DNA of 64,000 nt from assembly GCF_963506605.1 (NCBI RefSeq), contig NC_083281.1, positions 44,082,001-44,146,000 on the forward strand, written 5' to 3'. The position numbers and the translations under genes are program-made. Positions 25,883-38,400 of the stretch are shown one piece after another (position 1 is the first letter of the stretch; every line of letters begins with the position of its first letter). The notes below the pieces were generated by a model. That model saw only the letters and a list, made by a program, of their open reading frames with translations, was not told the DNA's origin and made no database searches. The stretch is from Zootoca vivipara. Its lineage: Eukaryota.

Positions 25883-28800
25883 TCACAGTGTGATCTCTTC
25901 CCGCAAGAGGAACTGCTGGATGAATTGCTGAACTTTCCGCTTCTCGGCAGTGCCTGGCATGGTGTGACCAGGAGGGGGACGGAGCAGTAGCCCCCCGAAT
26001 ATGCTACCTGCACAGGAAACATAATAAAAAAATCCATTAGTGTTTGCATACAGAAATGGCATCTGAGTTCCATGTAAGGAGTTATCAAAGGGGATGACTG
26101 ACTGTCCTCAAGGCCCACCGCACCAGCAGATTTTTTTTGGCATGGTGTCCCAAATGATTAAATGCACAGGAGTTGAGATGCCAGCTCACCACCTCCACTT
26201 GGCTCAACCTATGTTTTAAAACAAGCTGCTCCAGGGCAAAATTAAATGAGCTGCATTCCTGTCAGGTGTGTGACATGCCAAAACATTTAAATCAAATAGG
26301 TCACGACCCCATTTATCCCAGTTCACTCATCCTACCACAAAGCCAGGATCAGTTCTCACCAAGAATATTCACATCCAAGTGGTTTTTCACAGAGTGCTGC
26401 AGTAGTTCCCGCAGAAATGCTATCAGATAACTGAAGACATTCTTATGACACTTGGGCAGCGTGGAAACCACCTGGGAACAACAGAGAAGGAAGCTGTCGC
26501 ACGCATGCAAACACACTTCCCCCACCAAGGGACCAGGCAGCCCCTTTGCATTACACGTCTCCCATATTGGCAGCCAGCCTCTACTGCCTCACCTGATTGC
26601 TCAGCACATGGCTGTCAGCAGCCTCCAAGCACTTGTCGTACAGTGTGTAGCAGATGACCGGCTCGGGGAGACTCTCCAAGAAGAGCAGCAAAGCTTCCGC
26701 CACCGAGTGGTTGCTGCCATCTGGCCAGTGATGTTTAAGGAACAGGCAGTCACCAAGATGGGGCAAGTACCAGCTACACTGCTGAGACCCTGGGAAAGCC
26801 CACTTGCCTGTAAGGAGGCCCCAGCGTAGGGGGCCACACTACCACAGAGGCAGTAAAAAAATGCCTCATCTGGCGCAGAAACCCTGCTCATAGGTAGCTG
26901 GGATGGGGATCGGGTTGGCTGAACTGCTAAGGGAGGGAGGGAATAAACATGTACTTTGCAGAGGGGATCAGCAGACTCCACAAGGTAATGCAGTACCATT
27001 GCATCTTATGCAGGAGTTATGTTCCAGAAACACCAGAAGGCTTTCCCAGTGTGGCAAGAGCATTTAAGCCCTCTGCCTTGCTTGCATTTAACTTGTAGAA
27101 TTTCAACCAGCCTGCCTCCAACGGCATATGATTGAAATCATGCACAATATGCAATTGTACTGAATTGCAAGGGGTGGGAGAGAGAAAGATAATTCCAGTC
27201 CCTCTTTCAAACACACTTCCTCCAAAGATACTGAGCGTATCCATCATCCCTGTGTCCAGGCAATCGCGGATCTGTTCAAACTCAGTCCTCAGGCCCGGCT
27301 GCTGGAAGAGGTCCTCCTGCAAACATGAGCAGCCACAGTGAAAGGCAAGGAAGGCAAAAAAAAAATTATCAGTTTCACTTTGCTAGATCTGCTGGAAGTG
27401 CCTTCCTGTGGAGCTGCACCCATGAATACAATCATACATTCCAAGGGCACAATGAACCCATCGCAGCCAAACTCCAGGGCCCCCTTGTTAGTTAGCAAGC
27501 ACCATAGATACCATTCGTTCCCCAGCATTTAATGAGCACTCCTGCCCCTGCTGGGCTTTCCCAAAGCTAAGCTCCTATCCTGCCCTCTTCCCATAACAAG
27601 GCCAAGCACACAAAAGGAAGTTCACATCCAGGGGCATCTTTCTAACCTGCTGGCAAGCATTCCGGTACAGGTGGTCAACCATCATCCACAACTCCTTAGG
27701 AATGTCCAATGGCTTCTCGGGCCAGGAGGCATCATCGTCACTTGACCACAATGGCAGCAGAACCTGGAAGGGAGCAACAGGGTTGGAGAAAGGCCATAAT
27801 CTCAGTGGTAGAGCACCTGCTCTACATGCAGAAGACTCCAAAGCTCAATTCCCTATGGCATCTCCAGGTAGGACAGGGAATTCCCCCCCCCCTGCCTGAA
27901 GAGCTATAGCCAGTCAGTGTGAACAGTCCTGCATTGGAAGGACTGTTTAGTCTAAGGCAGCATCCTCTGCAAAGCAGCATTACACATGAAGCAGAGTTGG
28001 AAGGTCCCCAAAGAGTCACCTAGTGCAACCGCCTGCAGTCCTCATCCCAAGCCAACTCCCCCAAAATGTCTTTGGGATGAAGGGCAGTAGCCTTGGTTGG
28101 CCATAAGAACTCACTAGCTTCCTGATGGCCTCTGGCGACATCTCTTGAATGGGCTCCCTCATGTGGCAGAGGGTCTGCAGGGGGCACCCGAAGCAGCTGG
28201 GCAGGTAGTTCCCTGACACAGACAAGAAGTAATCTTTGCCCCGGTCGAGGTGCAGCACCAGGATGTCCTCCAGCTGTTCCTCTCCAGAGTTCAAGCGCGT
28301 TACTGTTGACTTGTTCACAAACAGTTCCAACTCGACAGTCACCTCGGCATCTTCAGGGAGAAGGAAGATGGACAGTTTGACAACACCAAGCCTCAAAGCT
28401 TCTCACAACCTCATGTAGTTTGTGGGGTGGGGAGAAAGAGGAGGAAAGATGGATCCCTACAAGGAAGGTCCCTGATGGAAGATGAGCAGGCTCCTGCTGA
28501 AAGAAACATTCCGGAGCAAACCCACAAAATGCTCGCCCAGCCCTACTGTCAACACACACCAGGATCCACAGTGTCAAAGGCCTCAAAGGATAAATTGAGA
28601 GCTAGTGTGGTGTAGTGGTTAGAACGCTGGACTAGGACTTGGGAGAGACCAAGGTTTGAATCTCCACTTGGCCACCAAGTTCACCAGGCAACCTTGGGCC
28701 AATCAGCCCAACCCACCTCACAGGGTTGTTGCTGTGGGGATTAAATGAGGAAGGGGAGAAAACCATCTGGTACGCAGGCTGAGACCCTATCTGCCCGCAG

Positions 28801-29728
28801 ACTGTCTCGCCAGAGTGGTGCATGCTCTGGTTATCTCTCGCTTGGACTACTGCAATGCTACCTTTGAAGGTGACCCGGAAACTACAACTAATACAGAATG
28901 TGGCAGCTAGACTGGTGACTGGGAGCGGCCGCTGAGACCACATAACACCGGGGTCTTGAAAGACCTTCATTGGCTCCTAGTACAGTGGTACCTCTACTTA
29001 CGAATTTAATGCGTTCCGAACGCACATTCGTAAGTAGAAAAAAATTGTAAGTCGAATCCCATAGGAATGCATTGGGAGAAAAAGCAACCCTATCTAAAAA
29101 TTCGTAAGTAGAAAAAATCCTATCTAAACCGCATCCAAGATGGCGGACGGAGCTCCATTCGTAAGTAGAGTTATTTGTAAGTAGAGGTACCACTGTACGT
29201 TTCCAAGCGCAATTCAAAGTGTTGGTGCTGACCTTTAAAGCCCTAAACCAGGCATCCCCAAACTGCGGACCTCCAGATGTTTTGGCCTTCAACTCCCATG
29301 ATCCCTAGCTAACAGAACCAGTGGTCAGGGATGATGGGAATTGTAGTCCAAAACATCTGGAGGGCCGAAGTTTGGGGATGCCTGCCCTAAACAGCCTTGG
29401 TCCAGTATACCTGAAGGAGCGTCTCCACCCCCATCATTCTACCCGGATACTGAGGTCCAGCACCGAGGGCCTTCTGGCAGTTCCCTCACTGAGAGAAGCC
29501 AAGTTACAGGGAACCAGGCAGAGGGTCTTCTTGGTAGTGGCCCCTGCCCTGTGAAACGCCCTACCACCAGATGTCAAAGAGAACAATAACTACCAGACTT
29601 CTAGAAGGCATCTGAAGACAGCCCTGTTTAAGGAAGCTTTTAATGTTTGGACTACTGTGTTGGAGTATTTGTTGGAAGCTGCCCAGAGTGGCTGGGGAAA
29701 CCCAGCCAGATGGGCGGGGTATAAATAA

Positions 29729-29775
<47 letters not shown>

Positions 29776-32700
29776 GTACACCACTCTAGAGCTCCTTGGA
29801 GAAAAAGGCAGGATATAAATGCAAACAAATAAATGCAAACTGAGGGGCCTGGAGCTGCTCACTTGTCAACATCTCCAAGAAAAGAGGAGGGGTGGCTGCT
29901 TTGTGAGTCCAAAGAGCTGCAGGCAGAAGACTGTCTGGGTCCTTGGATGAGGCATTGACAGCCCAAGCAAACAGAGTCTGCTCATGGATACCCAGAGCCC
30001 TCTCTGCCCTGACAGCTGGTAAAATGCAAAAGGTACTTCGTGTCGCAATAAATCTGTCTTTAATTTTTTGCTGGACTTTTGCTGTTCTTGCTACAAACAT
30101 GGCTGTTCTCCAGATCAATGAAGTGATATTTTAATTTGTGAGCAACTGTGGCTATTAGGGCTCTGAACCAGATTTGTCCGAAGCCTGAATCAAGCTGAGC
30201 ATATTTGGAGGGCCTTAGATGGGTCAGGTGCACACAGCCATGGGATGCGGAATCAGGTTGGGTTGGCCAAGAGCAATCTGTGGCTGTCACCCGGAGGGAG
30301 GATCAGGCAGGAAGAGTGGTAAAACCCCATGAAAAGACAGAGACATCCCAGCTCACCAGGTAACAGAAAGCCCTTGTTGGGTTTTGCCATCAGCCATGGC
30401 TTGCAGTAGGCCTCTTCATCCAGCTTGTTGATGAACTCAAACTGGCAAGGAACGGGCCCATTGTGGATGGTGAAGGACGCCACCTGGAGCTGCATGTACT
30501 TCACGTCCTTGAAGAGGAACTGTGGGTGGGGAAAGAACCACAAACACGGAGGAGGAAGGTGGGAAGGGAAAGGGGAGTTGTACATATGTAGCCTGGAGAA
30601 GAGACTGAGAGGGGGTAGGAAAGCCATCTTCAAATAACTGAAGAGCTGTCTCCATGGAAGATGGAGCAAGCTTGTTTTCTCCTGCTCCAGAGGGGAGGAC
30701 CTGAACCAATGGACTCAAGTGACAAGGAAGGGGATTCCTATTAAAGGTTAGGAAGAACTTTCTGAGGTTAAGAGCCATTCGGCAGTGCAACAGAGTCCCT
30801 CGGAAGGTAGTGCAGTCTCCTTCATTGGGGGGTTTCCAACAGAAGTCAGACAGACAGCTGTCATGGATTCTGTAGCTGTGATTCCTGCATGCCAGAGGTT
30901 GGACCCTAAATTACCCTTGAGGTCCCTTCAGACTCTACAATTCTATGAACCAAGAGCTTGACCCCAACTCCACTGAACATCCAGGTCCCAGTGGCAAGCT
31001 TGGAAAAGAGGTCTGCTGGGAGGCTCGTTCTGTGGAATGCCTCGAGCTTGCCATGCCCCATACCTGCCCTTGAGCCAGCAGGCCCAGTGGGGCTGTATCT
31101 CCAGAAACAAGCCTCTTGATGCTCCCCAATGGCCAGGGCAGCAGCAGCAGCAGCATATCCTACCTCCCTCTTGGAGAGGGTGACCGATGGGATGCTGGCA
31201 TTCTCCATCTTGTCCAAGGAGCGCACTATGTCTTCGAAGGATCTGCGGTAGAGCTCCTTGTCCACCACCTTCACCTGAATGGAACATGCAGCAACAGAAG
31301 GGTCATTGGGGGGAGAAGGGAGAGAAAGAGGGGAGGAGGTTCCCCCTCCCGGGAGTCCTCAGCATCACCTGCCATATTAACTAAGCACCCAACATGCCAG
31401 CTGCAGAGAAAGCTGGCTGTCAAGCACAACCCAAGGAGTGCAAGCCCCGCAAGTGATCAAGGTTCCTGCAATCCCACTCCTCTGGCTTACACCAGCCACA
31501 ATCCACCCCATTATTGTTCCAGCCCTTCACCCCTGGATTGTATAAGCAAAGCTGACAAGGATGTCACCTGGTGCCCAGGAATGACCTACAGAAAGGAGGT
31601 CCAAGATTTTTTATTTTTTGCAGGGGCAGAGCGGGGAAGGTGGAAAATGCAGCATTTGCTTGGGCAGCACAGTGTCTGGCCAGCCTCAGAGCTGGCCAAG
31701 GTAGCTGTGGTTCCTGCATTGCAGGGGGTTGGACTAGATGACCCTTGGGGGTACCCTTCCAACTCTATGATTCTGTGGAAGAGGAGAAGGTAGCAAAAAG
31801 GAGAGAGCCAGAGTGATGGGAGCCCACCACCAGCCGGGCTAGAGGGAGATGGATGCCTACCCCAATGTCAAAGGTGGCACTGACTGGCTTGTGGTCACTG
31901 CCCCTCAAGGCCATGTGGCTCTGGTAGCTTAGCTGAGAGATATTCTTCCCTCTCCACAGGATCCGGTCACACCAGGCTGGCGTGCGGCATTTCTCACTGC
32001 ATGGGAGGCAAAGCAAGGAGAAGAACAGTCATTTCGGCCACCAGACTTGGTGCGGGAGCTCTTGCCCATTCTGCTGTTGCTGTCGGGAGGAGAGCATACA
32101 AAGACTGTGGAAACAGCAGACAGCGTCTGCAATACCCTGAGAGATGGGAGACTTCACTCACTCCATACCCAAAACCAAAGGAGTCCCTGCCAGAAGAAAA
32201 CTAGCATGTCAGACATGTTGATTCCAGCTTAGCCTTCTCCTCAATATGCTAGTTTTATAATGTGGGGATCTAATGTGTAGAGGAACATTTTGCTATGGGT
32301 GTACCAGCTATCTTCAACCCAAGAACAAAGCCTTGCCATCTTCTGAGATGTAGGAGGCATTGGCAGCTCACAATTGAAGTCTGCAGGGGAATGTTTCTAG
32401 AGATGTCCTAGGAATGGTGGTCTGCATTGCTCCATTAGCTTCCCCATACTCCACACGGATGTTCCTGTTCTATTAATTCAGCTGCTCTGGAGAGTGAGTG
32501 GACTGGCCCCAGACTTAAGAGCCACATGGGATGAGCCTGGAAAGAGAATAGTGCACCCCCCCCCCCCTGGAAACCTCCCAAAAGGGAAATATGTACCTGC
32601 CAAATAAAATTACAAGGCTTCTGTAAACTATATCAGGGGAGGTTAGCTTCCTAAGTCCAGGGACAATATTGTTGTTGTTGTTGTTTAATTTATTACCCAC

Positions 32701-35458
32701 CCTTCACTCCAAGATCTCAGTATGGACTGCAACAATTTAAAATACAACATTAAAAACTATTTTTTTTAAAAAACAAACCTTAGTTTAAAAATACAACCAC
32801 CAAAAAAAATCTCATCAAAATAACAGTAACATGTAATAAAAAGTAACCGAAAGTTCATACAGTTGCTTATTTTTAGATCTGCAGTCTTTCTGCATTAGAA
32901 ATCTCCAAGGCCTCTTTCTAAACAGAGATGACTTTTCCCAAGTCGTGGGATGCATCCAGTAAAAGACGGCCTCTCATGCCATTTTAAAGTCCAACTACTA
33001 ACCAAAAGTGGCAGCTTTCAAAGTGCTGCCACACCCCCTTGGTGGCATTAAGGCAGACTTTTAGAAGACATCTGAAGGCAGCCCTGTTTAGGGAAGCTTT
33101 TAATGTTTAACAGACCATTGTATTTTAATATTTTGTTGGAAGCCGCCCAGAGTGGCTGGGGAAACCCAGGCAGATGTGTGGGGTATAAATATTATATTAT
33201 ATTATATTATATTATATTATATTATATTATATTATATTATATTATATTATATTATATTATTATTATTATTATTATTGGATCATTTTGCTTGTGCTTTCCC
33301 CCAGTTTGTAAGCCCTCCAATGTGGGGCCATCACCAGCTTGTATACAGTCATACCTCGGTTTGCGACTGCCTCCATTTGCAACCGCTTTGGTTTCCGACC
33401 ACCGCGGACCCCGGAAGTGTTTACATCTGGGTTCCACGGCGCTCGGATGCGTAGAAGTGCTCTATCAGCGCTTCACGCACGTGCAGAAGCATGCATTGGG
33501 AAGCAACCGATTCGGAGAGCGACCGGCTCCCTGGAACAAATTGCAGTTGCAAACCGAGGTATGACTGTACTTCAGGGTTTTTCTCCAAAGCAGCATTCTA
33601 AGAGCTTCTAACTGGATGTTAAAAAACACAAAACAAAGCAGAAGTTCCCAGGTTGAAATGGCTTTGCATGTGTGTGGTTTTTTGGTCTGGTCTTGTGCAG
33701 ATGCTACAGAGAAACATCTGCACAAGGAAGCCTCTGACTGTTCTGGACCATCACCATTTCCCTGGTAGAGATGGTGACATGCAAAGAACAGAGTACCCAA
33801 AATGGCTGTGACGCTCCAGACAAGCCTACCTGGTGTCCCAGTCATCAGACCCAGTGTTGTATTTGTACGTTGGCTGGAAGGAAATCTCTCCCTCCAGGAA
33901 GCCTTCAAAGACCACCTTGGCCTCCATCTGCTTTTTCAGCTGAGAAGGAAAGAGAGCGGAGAGGTGAAACTGAGCAGCAAAGCATCTTTCGAACCCAAGC
34001 CTCCCTCGGGACTGTCCACACCTCCCTTCCTGCTTTCTTGCGGCAAATCCTGCCTCTTGATGCAGGCCAACCACGTCCATTAGAACGCCTGACTTGATAG
34101 AGCAAAATAGTTGATTGGTTATGCTACCGGTACATGTCTTAAGGCTCCTTTGGAACTCACCGGGACTGTTTTCAGTCTTGATGGAATAGCAGTCCAGTTG
34201 TGTTTTGTTAAATTTGCTTACAGATTTCTCAATAATTTAATGAAAACATTTATTCAAAGGAGAGAGAAAAAGGACTCTAGCCACTTTCTGGAACCAGCTG
34301 CAGCAACAGAGCAGCATTCCCCAACACCTGCCCTGTCCCCATGAATGTCGCAAGAGCTCTGCACTCTCTCTTTGGAAGGTTGACCCTTGTTGGAAGGCAG
34401 ATCTTGCCTGCCTACTGAAAGCTCCCTCACATACTTGGTCATGCTGATAAAGGGTGGCGAAATCGTGGGCCTCCACCAGCTTCTTCACCCGCTCCACATC
34501 CTGCTCCTCCAGTCTGTAGTTCAAGTCTCCCAGCCACAAGACCACACTGCAAGGGAGAGGTTGGCGTAAGGAAACGGCTCCAGAACCATTGGGGCTCTTC
34601 ACAGCTGCTATTCGCAGCCACATAGCCCCAAGATGCACAGTGTCACCCCAGCATATGAAGAGATGTTCCCAGCTCCTTGCCCACCCACAACCTCCTACTA
34701 ACTTGGAAGCAAATCAGTGACCACCAGAAGGTCTGGGAAATAGATGATCCTTCACACAAGCCCGAGACTTGAAGCCAGCTCACATAGCTAGAAGGTGGAA
34801 GACAGGCAGCAGACTACAGTGCTGGCAAAGAGAGCTGCTTTGAGGCTGGTGGTGATTTCCCCAAATAAATATGTAGCCCTCCAGTTGGATTCCAAATCCC
34901 ACTAGTACAGCCAAGGCCAGGGATGATGGGAACTGTAGTCCAGAGGACTCCCATCACTGGCAAACTGTCTTGGCTGATGAAACAAGCAGTACAAGCAAAC
35001 TATAGATTACACAGCAGATACATGCAACTGTCTCTGGGGGAGGCATTTTCCAAAAGCAAATGAAAAGCAACTATAGAAGTCTACGAGCACAAGGAGGGAG
35101 AGCTGCTCTTGCTGAATTCCTTTCCTTCCAGCTGTTTCTCCATCCAAAACGCCCTCCTTCATGGGAGAAAGGCACTCTGCAAGATGGGGTGGGGTTGTAC
35201 TTTGAAAGGGAAAATCGCAGGAAGGAATGGGGTTAAGCAGCCACTCCCCAAACTGCTTTTCATTTTGAAAAGAGAAAGAAATGGTAGGCAATAGACTCAA
35301 ATCTACGTGAAGCCAAACAAATATTAAAAATTAGGGAAATGGAGTGAGGTGGGGGTGGGGGAGAAGAGAAGAGAAGAGAAGAGACAAGGCCCTGAGGAGA
35401 CATACCCTAAGAAGACAACAAAAAACACAGTTCAGATGGGTGGGATACAAATAATAAA

Positions 35459-35489
<31 letters not shown>

Positions 35490-38400
35490 CCAAACCCATA
35501 AAGCCAAGTTTCCATATTTGCTCCACAACTTCACAGCAGAGGCTGGATCCTTTCCCACTTGCTTCCCTCCCCCTGCCCCCACTTACTCGTGCTTGCCAAT
35601 GGTGAGGGGTGGGAGGCCTGGCTCTGGCGGGCAGAACTGCATGCGTCCACAGATATCCCGGAAGTCTTGGTTCCGCCGCTCATACTCCTCGGTGTGGGCT
35701 GCCAGGTGGGCATTCACAAAGCAGATGGTGGTGTTGTGGAACCGGAATCGGATGGCCACTCCCCCCTTGTTGCCCTTCGTTCGCAGCAGAAGCAGCAGAG
35801 GAGGAGCCGGGGGAGAGAGACAAGGTGGCGACTCTATTCCCTGCCTGCTATGGAAGAAGCAGGCAGAACAGACCCCAAAACAACCAGCCAAGACCTCTCT
35901 GAAGCAAGCAGGAAGGTGCAAAGGCAGGGCCTATGAAGCAGAGGCTGGCTAACCTTTTGGGGGCCAAGGGGCTAAAGCGAAACTATGCAATAGCGGGCAT
36001 GACCAAGTTTTAATTAAAGGAGACATTTCGGTGACTCACAAAAACTTTTGGGCATCACAGAATTGTTGCAGAGGACCCACAAGAGCAGATAGTGCAGAGT
36101 GGTGTAGTGGTTATAGTGTCGGACTAGGATCGGGGAGAAACCAGGGTTTGAATCCCCACTCAGCCACGAAGTCTATTGGATGACTTTGGGCCAGTCACTG
36201 CCTCTCAGCCGCTCTAACCTATCTCACAGGGTGATTGGGAAGATAAAATGCAAAGGAGAAGTGTGCACACCACACTGAACTCTTTGCAGAAAAAATGGTA
36301 TATAAATGCAATAATAGTAACAACTTTTTAAAAAATGCTTTTTTAGAAAAAAAAGTTTGGCAAATTGTGGAGGTGGGGTTGAGTTGGGACCCCCTCAAAA
36401 CCTTTTGAGGGTCCAGATGCAGCCCACGTTCTGCAGGGGAGCTTGGTACCCAGGCCAAACAAAGCGCAGAGGCCCCCTCATGTCCACCTCCTGCAAGAGT
36501 AGATGCGATGCTGGTGACAGCAGTTAAACCTGAATATCAACAGGCAGCCCACAGCAGCCTCGTCACACCCTAGAAAGGATGAGGGGGCACCACCTTGCAA
36601 GGCTCTCACAGAGAGAGGTCTGGGTGGCCCCAGAATGGCAACAGCAGACTCTCCCCTGCCCACCCCCAGATTGAGGGTGATGAATACTCACCATCCTCCC
36701 CATGATGCCCGTGCCAACAGTCTCAGCCTCCACCTCAGAAACATGCACAGCGAGCTCAGTCCTGATGTAGAATAGCATCAAGATCCCAACAAGCCGGATA
36801 AGCTTTATCTGCATGTTAACCAGGGAAACAAAGAGACAAAGGCTATAGAATAATAGGTCTGTAGGGAAATGACCTTGTGGGGCCGGTTAGTTCACACCCC
36901 TGCAATGCAGGAATCCTGTGGACTTGGAGAAGGCATGAGCCTCTTTTAAAGTCCTTCACAGGGAAGCGGAGTCCCCTTGTCCCCAACCCCTGCCATTAAC
37001 CTCTTCTGCTGAACATCCCACCCCCAAATACACACACAGAGGGCTGCATGAAGGGGCAGAAGAGCCTCAGGCAGAAAGAGGAGGCCACTGGGCCGCCTCG
37101 GCAGCTGAAGCCAGCTCACCTTGGCATACTTGGCTTCCGGGTGAAGGCTCTCGGTCACAGCTTTGAACCATTCCTCTTCTTTTGGCGTGTCGTTGAAGAA
37201 AAAGGCCTCTTTGCTCAGGTCAAGCTCCTGGAAGCTGCATTCAAGAGAGCAAACCATGAGCTAGGGGCATACCCTCCCTCCATGGAGAAGACCCCAAGAA
37301 GAACCTGCTGGATCGGGTCAATGGCCCATACAGTCCCGCATCCTCTTTTCACAGTGGCCAACCAGATGCCCTCATGGAAAGTCCTCAAGCAGGAATTGAG
37401 CGCAAGAACAGCACTCTCTCCTCCTGTGGTTTCCAGCAAATGGTATTCAGAAGACTGCTGTGTCTGTGGGGAAGGCAAAGCCTAGCCATTGTAAGCTAAT
37501 AGCCATCGGTAACCCTCTCCATGAATTTGTCCAATCCTCTTTTAAAGCAGTCTGGGTTGGTGGCCAACACTGTCTCCTGTGGCCGCAAGGCACTGCAGGA
37601 GCAAGAGACCTCCTCTACCTAGTGAAGTAGAAAGATGAAGGGTCATTAAACCAGACGGCATCCAAGTGTTCAAGAGAGCTGCTCACACTGTGTATCCAAG
37701 TGGGCAATGCTCATCAAAAGGAGGAGGAGGAGGAGGACTAGGGCAGGAGGAGCTGGCAGGTGCAAATCCCTCCCACCCAGCTCACCAGGTGACCTGAGAG
37801 TGAGTCCCTGCCTCTCAGGCTCGCCTACCTCAGGTCACATGGCTGATGTACAGACAGAATGCGGAGGAGATGACCCATGCATGTTACTTTTGCTCCTTGG
37901 AGAAGATAAAAGGTGGACGGAAAACATAACAATAAATGGATAAGAAGCACCCCACACGTACCCCACGCAGTAAATGTCTGGGGGCTCAGCATCATGGCTC
38001 AGCCAGGGCTGGAGAGTCTCCTTGGGCGACTGGCCATTCACGTTGTATGTGCCCACGAAAAACCTGCCAGAAAACACACAAAATCTTGCTCTGGATCTTG
38101 GCAACAACCTCTGCCCCACCAGCACAGGAGGAGGAGGAAACCCACTGCCATTGCTACACCCAGGCCCAGCTGCCCTGGCACCTAAGTGAGAGCCAGCGTA
38201 GTGCAATGATTAAAGTGTTCATCTAGGACCTGGGAAACCAATGTTTGAATCCCCTCTCAGCCATGAAACTGAGACCTTGGGGGCCAGTCACTGCTTCTCA
38301 GCAAACCCTACCTCACAAGGTTGTTGTGGGGATTGAATGAAGAAGGGGAGAAACACGCACCTATGCCACCTTGAGCTCACCGGAGAAAAAGGTGGAGTAT

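Larger units (their letters stand above)
28765..29775 (+). mobile_element. L2-clade LINE 3' fragment with (TAT)n tail, interrupted by two nested MITEs
   Basis: Colinear with the copy at ~49525-50183 once 28983-29195 and 29249-29384 are removed. Confidence 0.9.

Noticed and set aside
27790-27870. tRNA-like A/B-box sequence
   Set aside because: Decayed SINE head that does not form a full cloverleaf; no real tRNA, rRNA or CRISPR array was found in the window.
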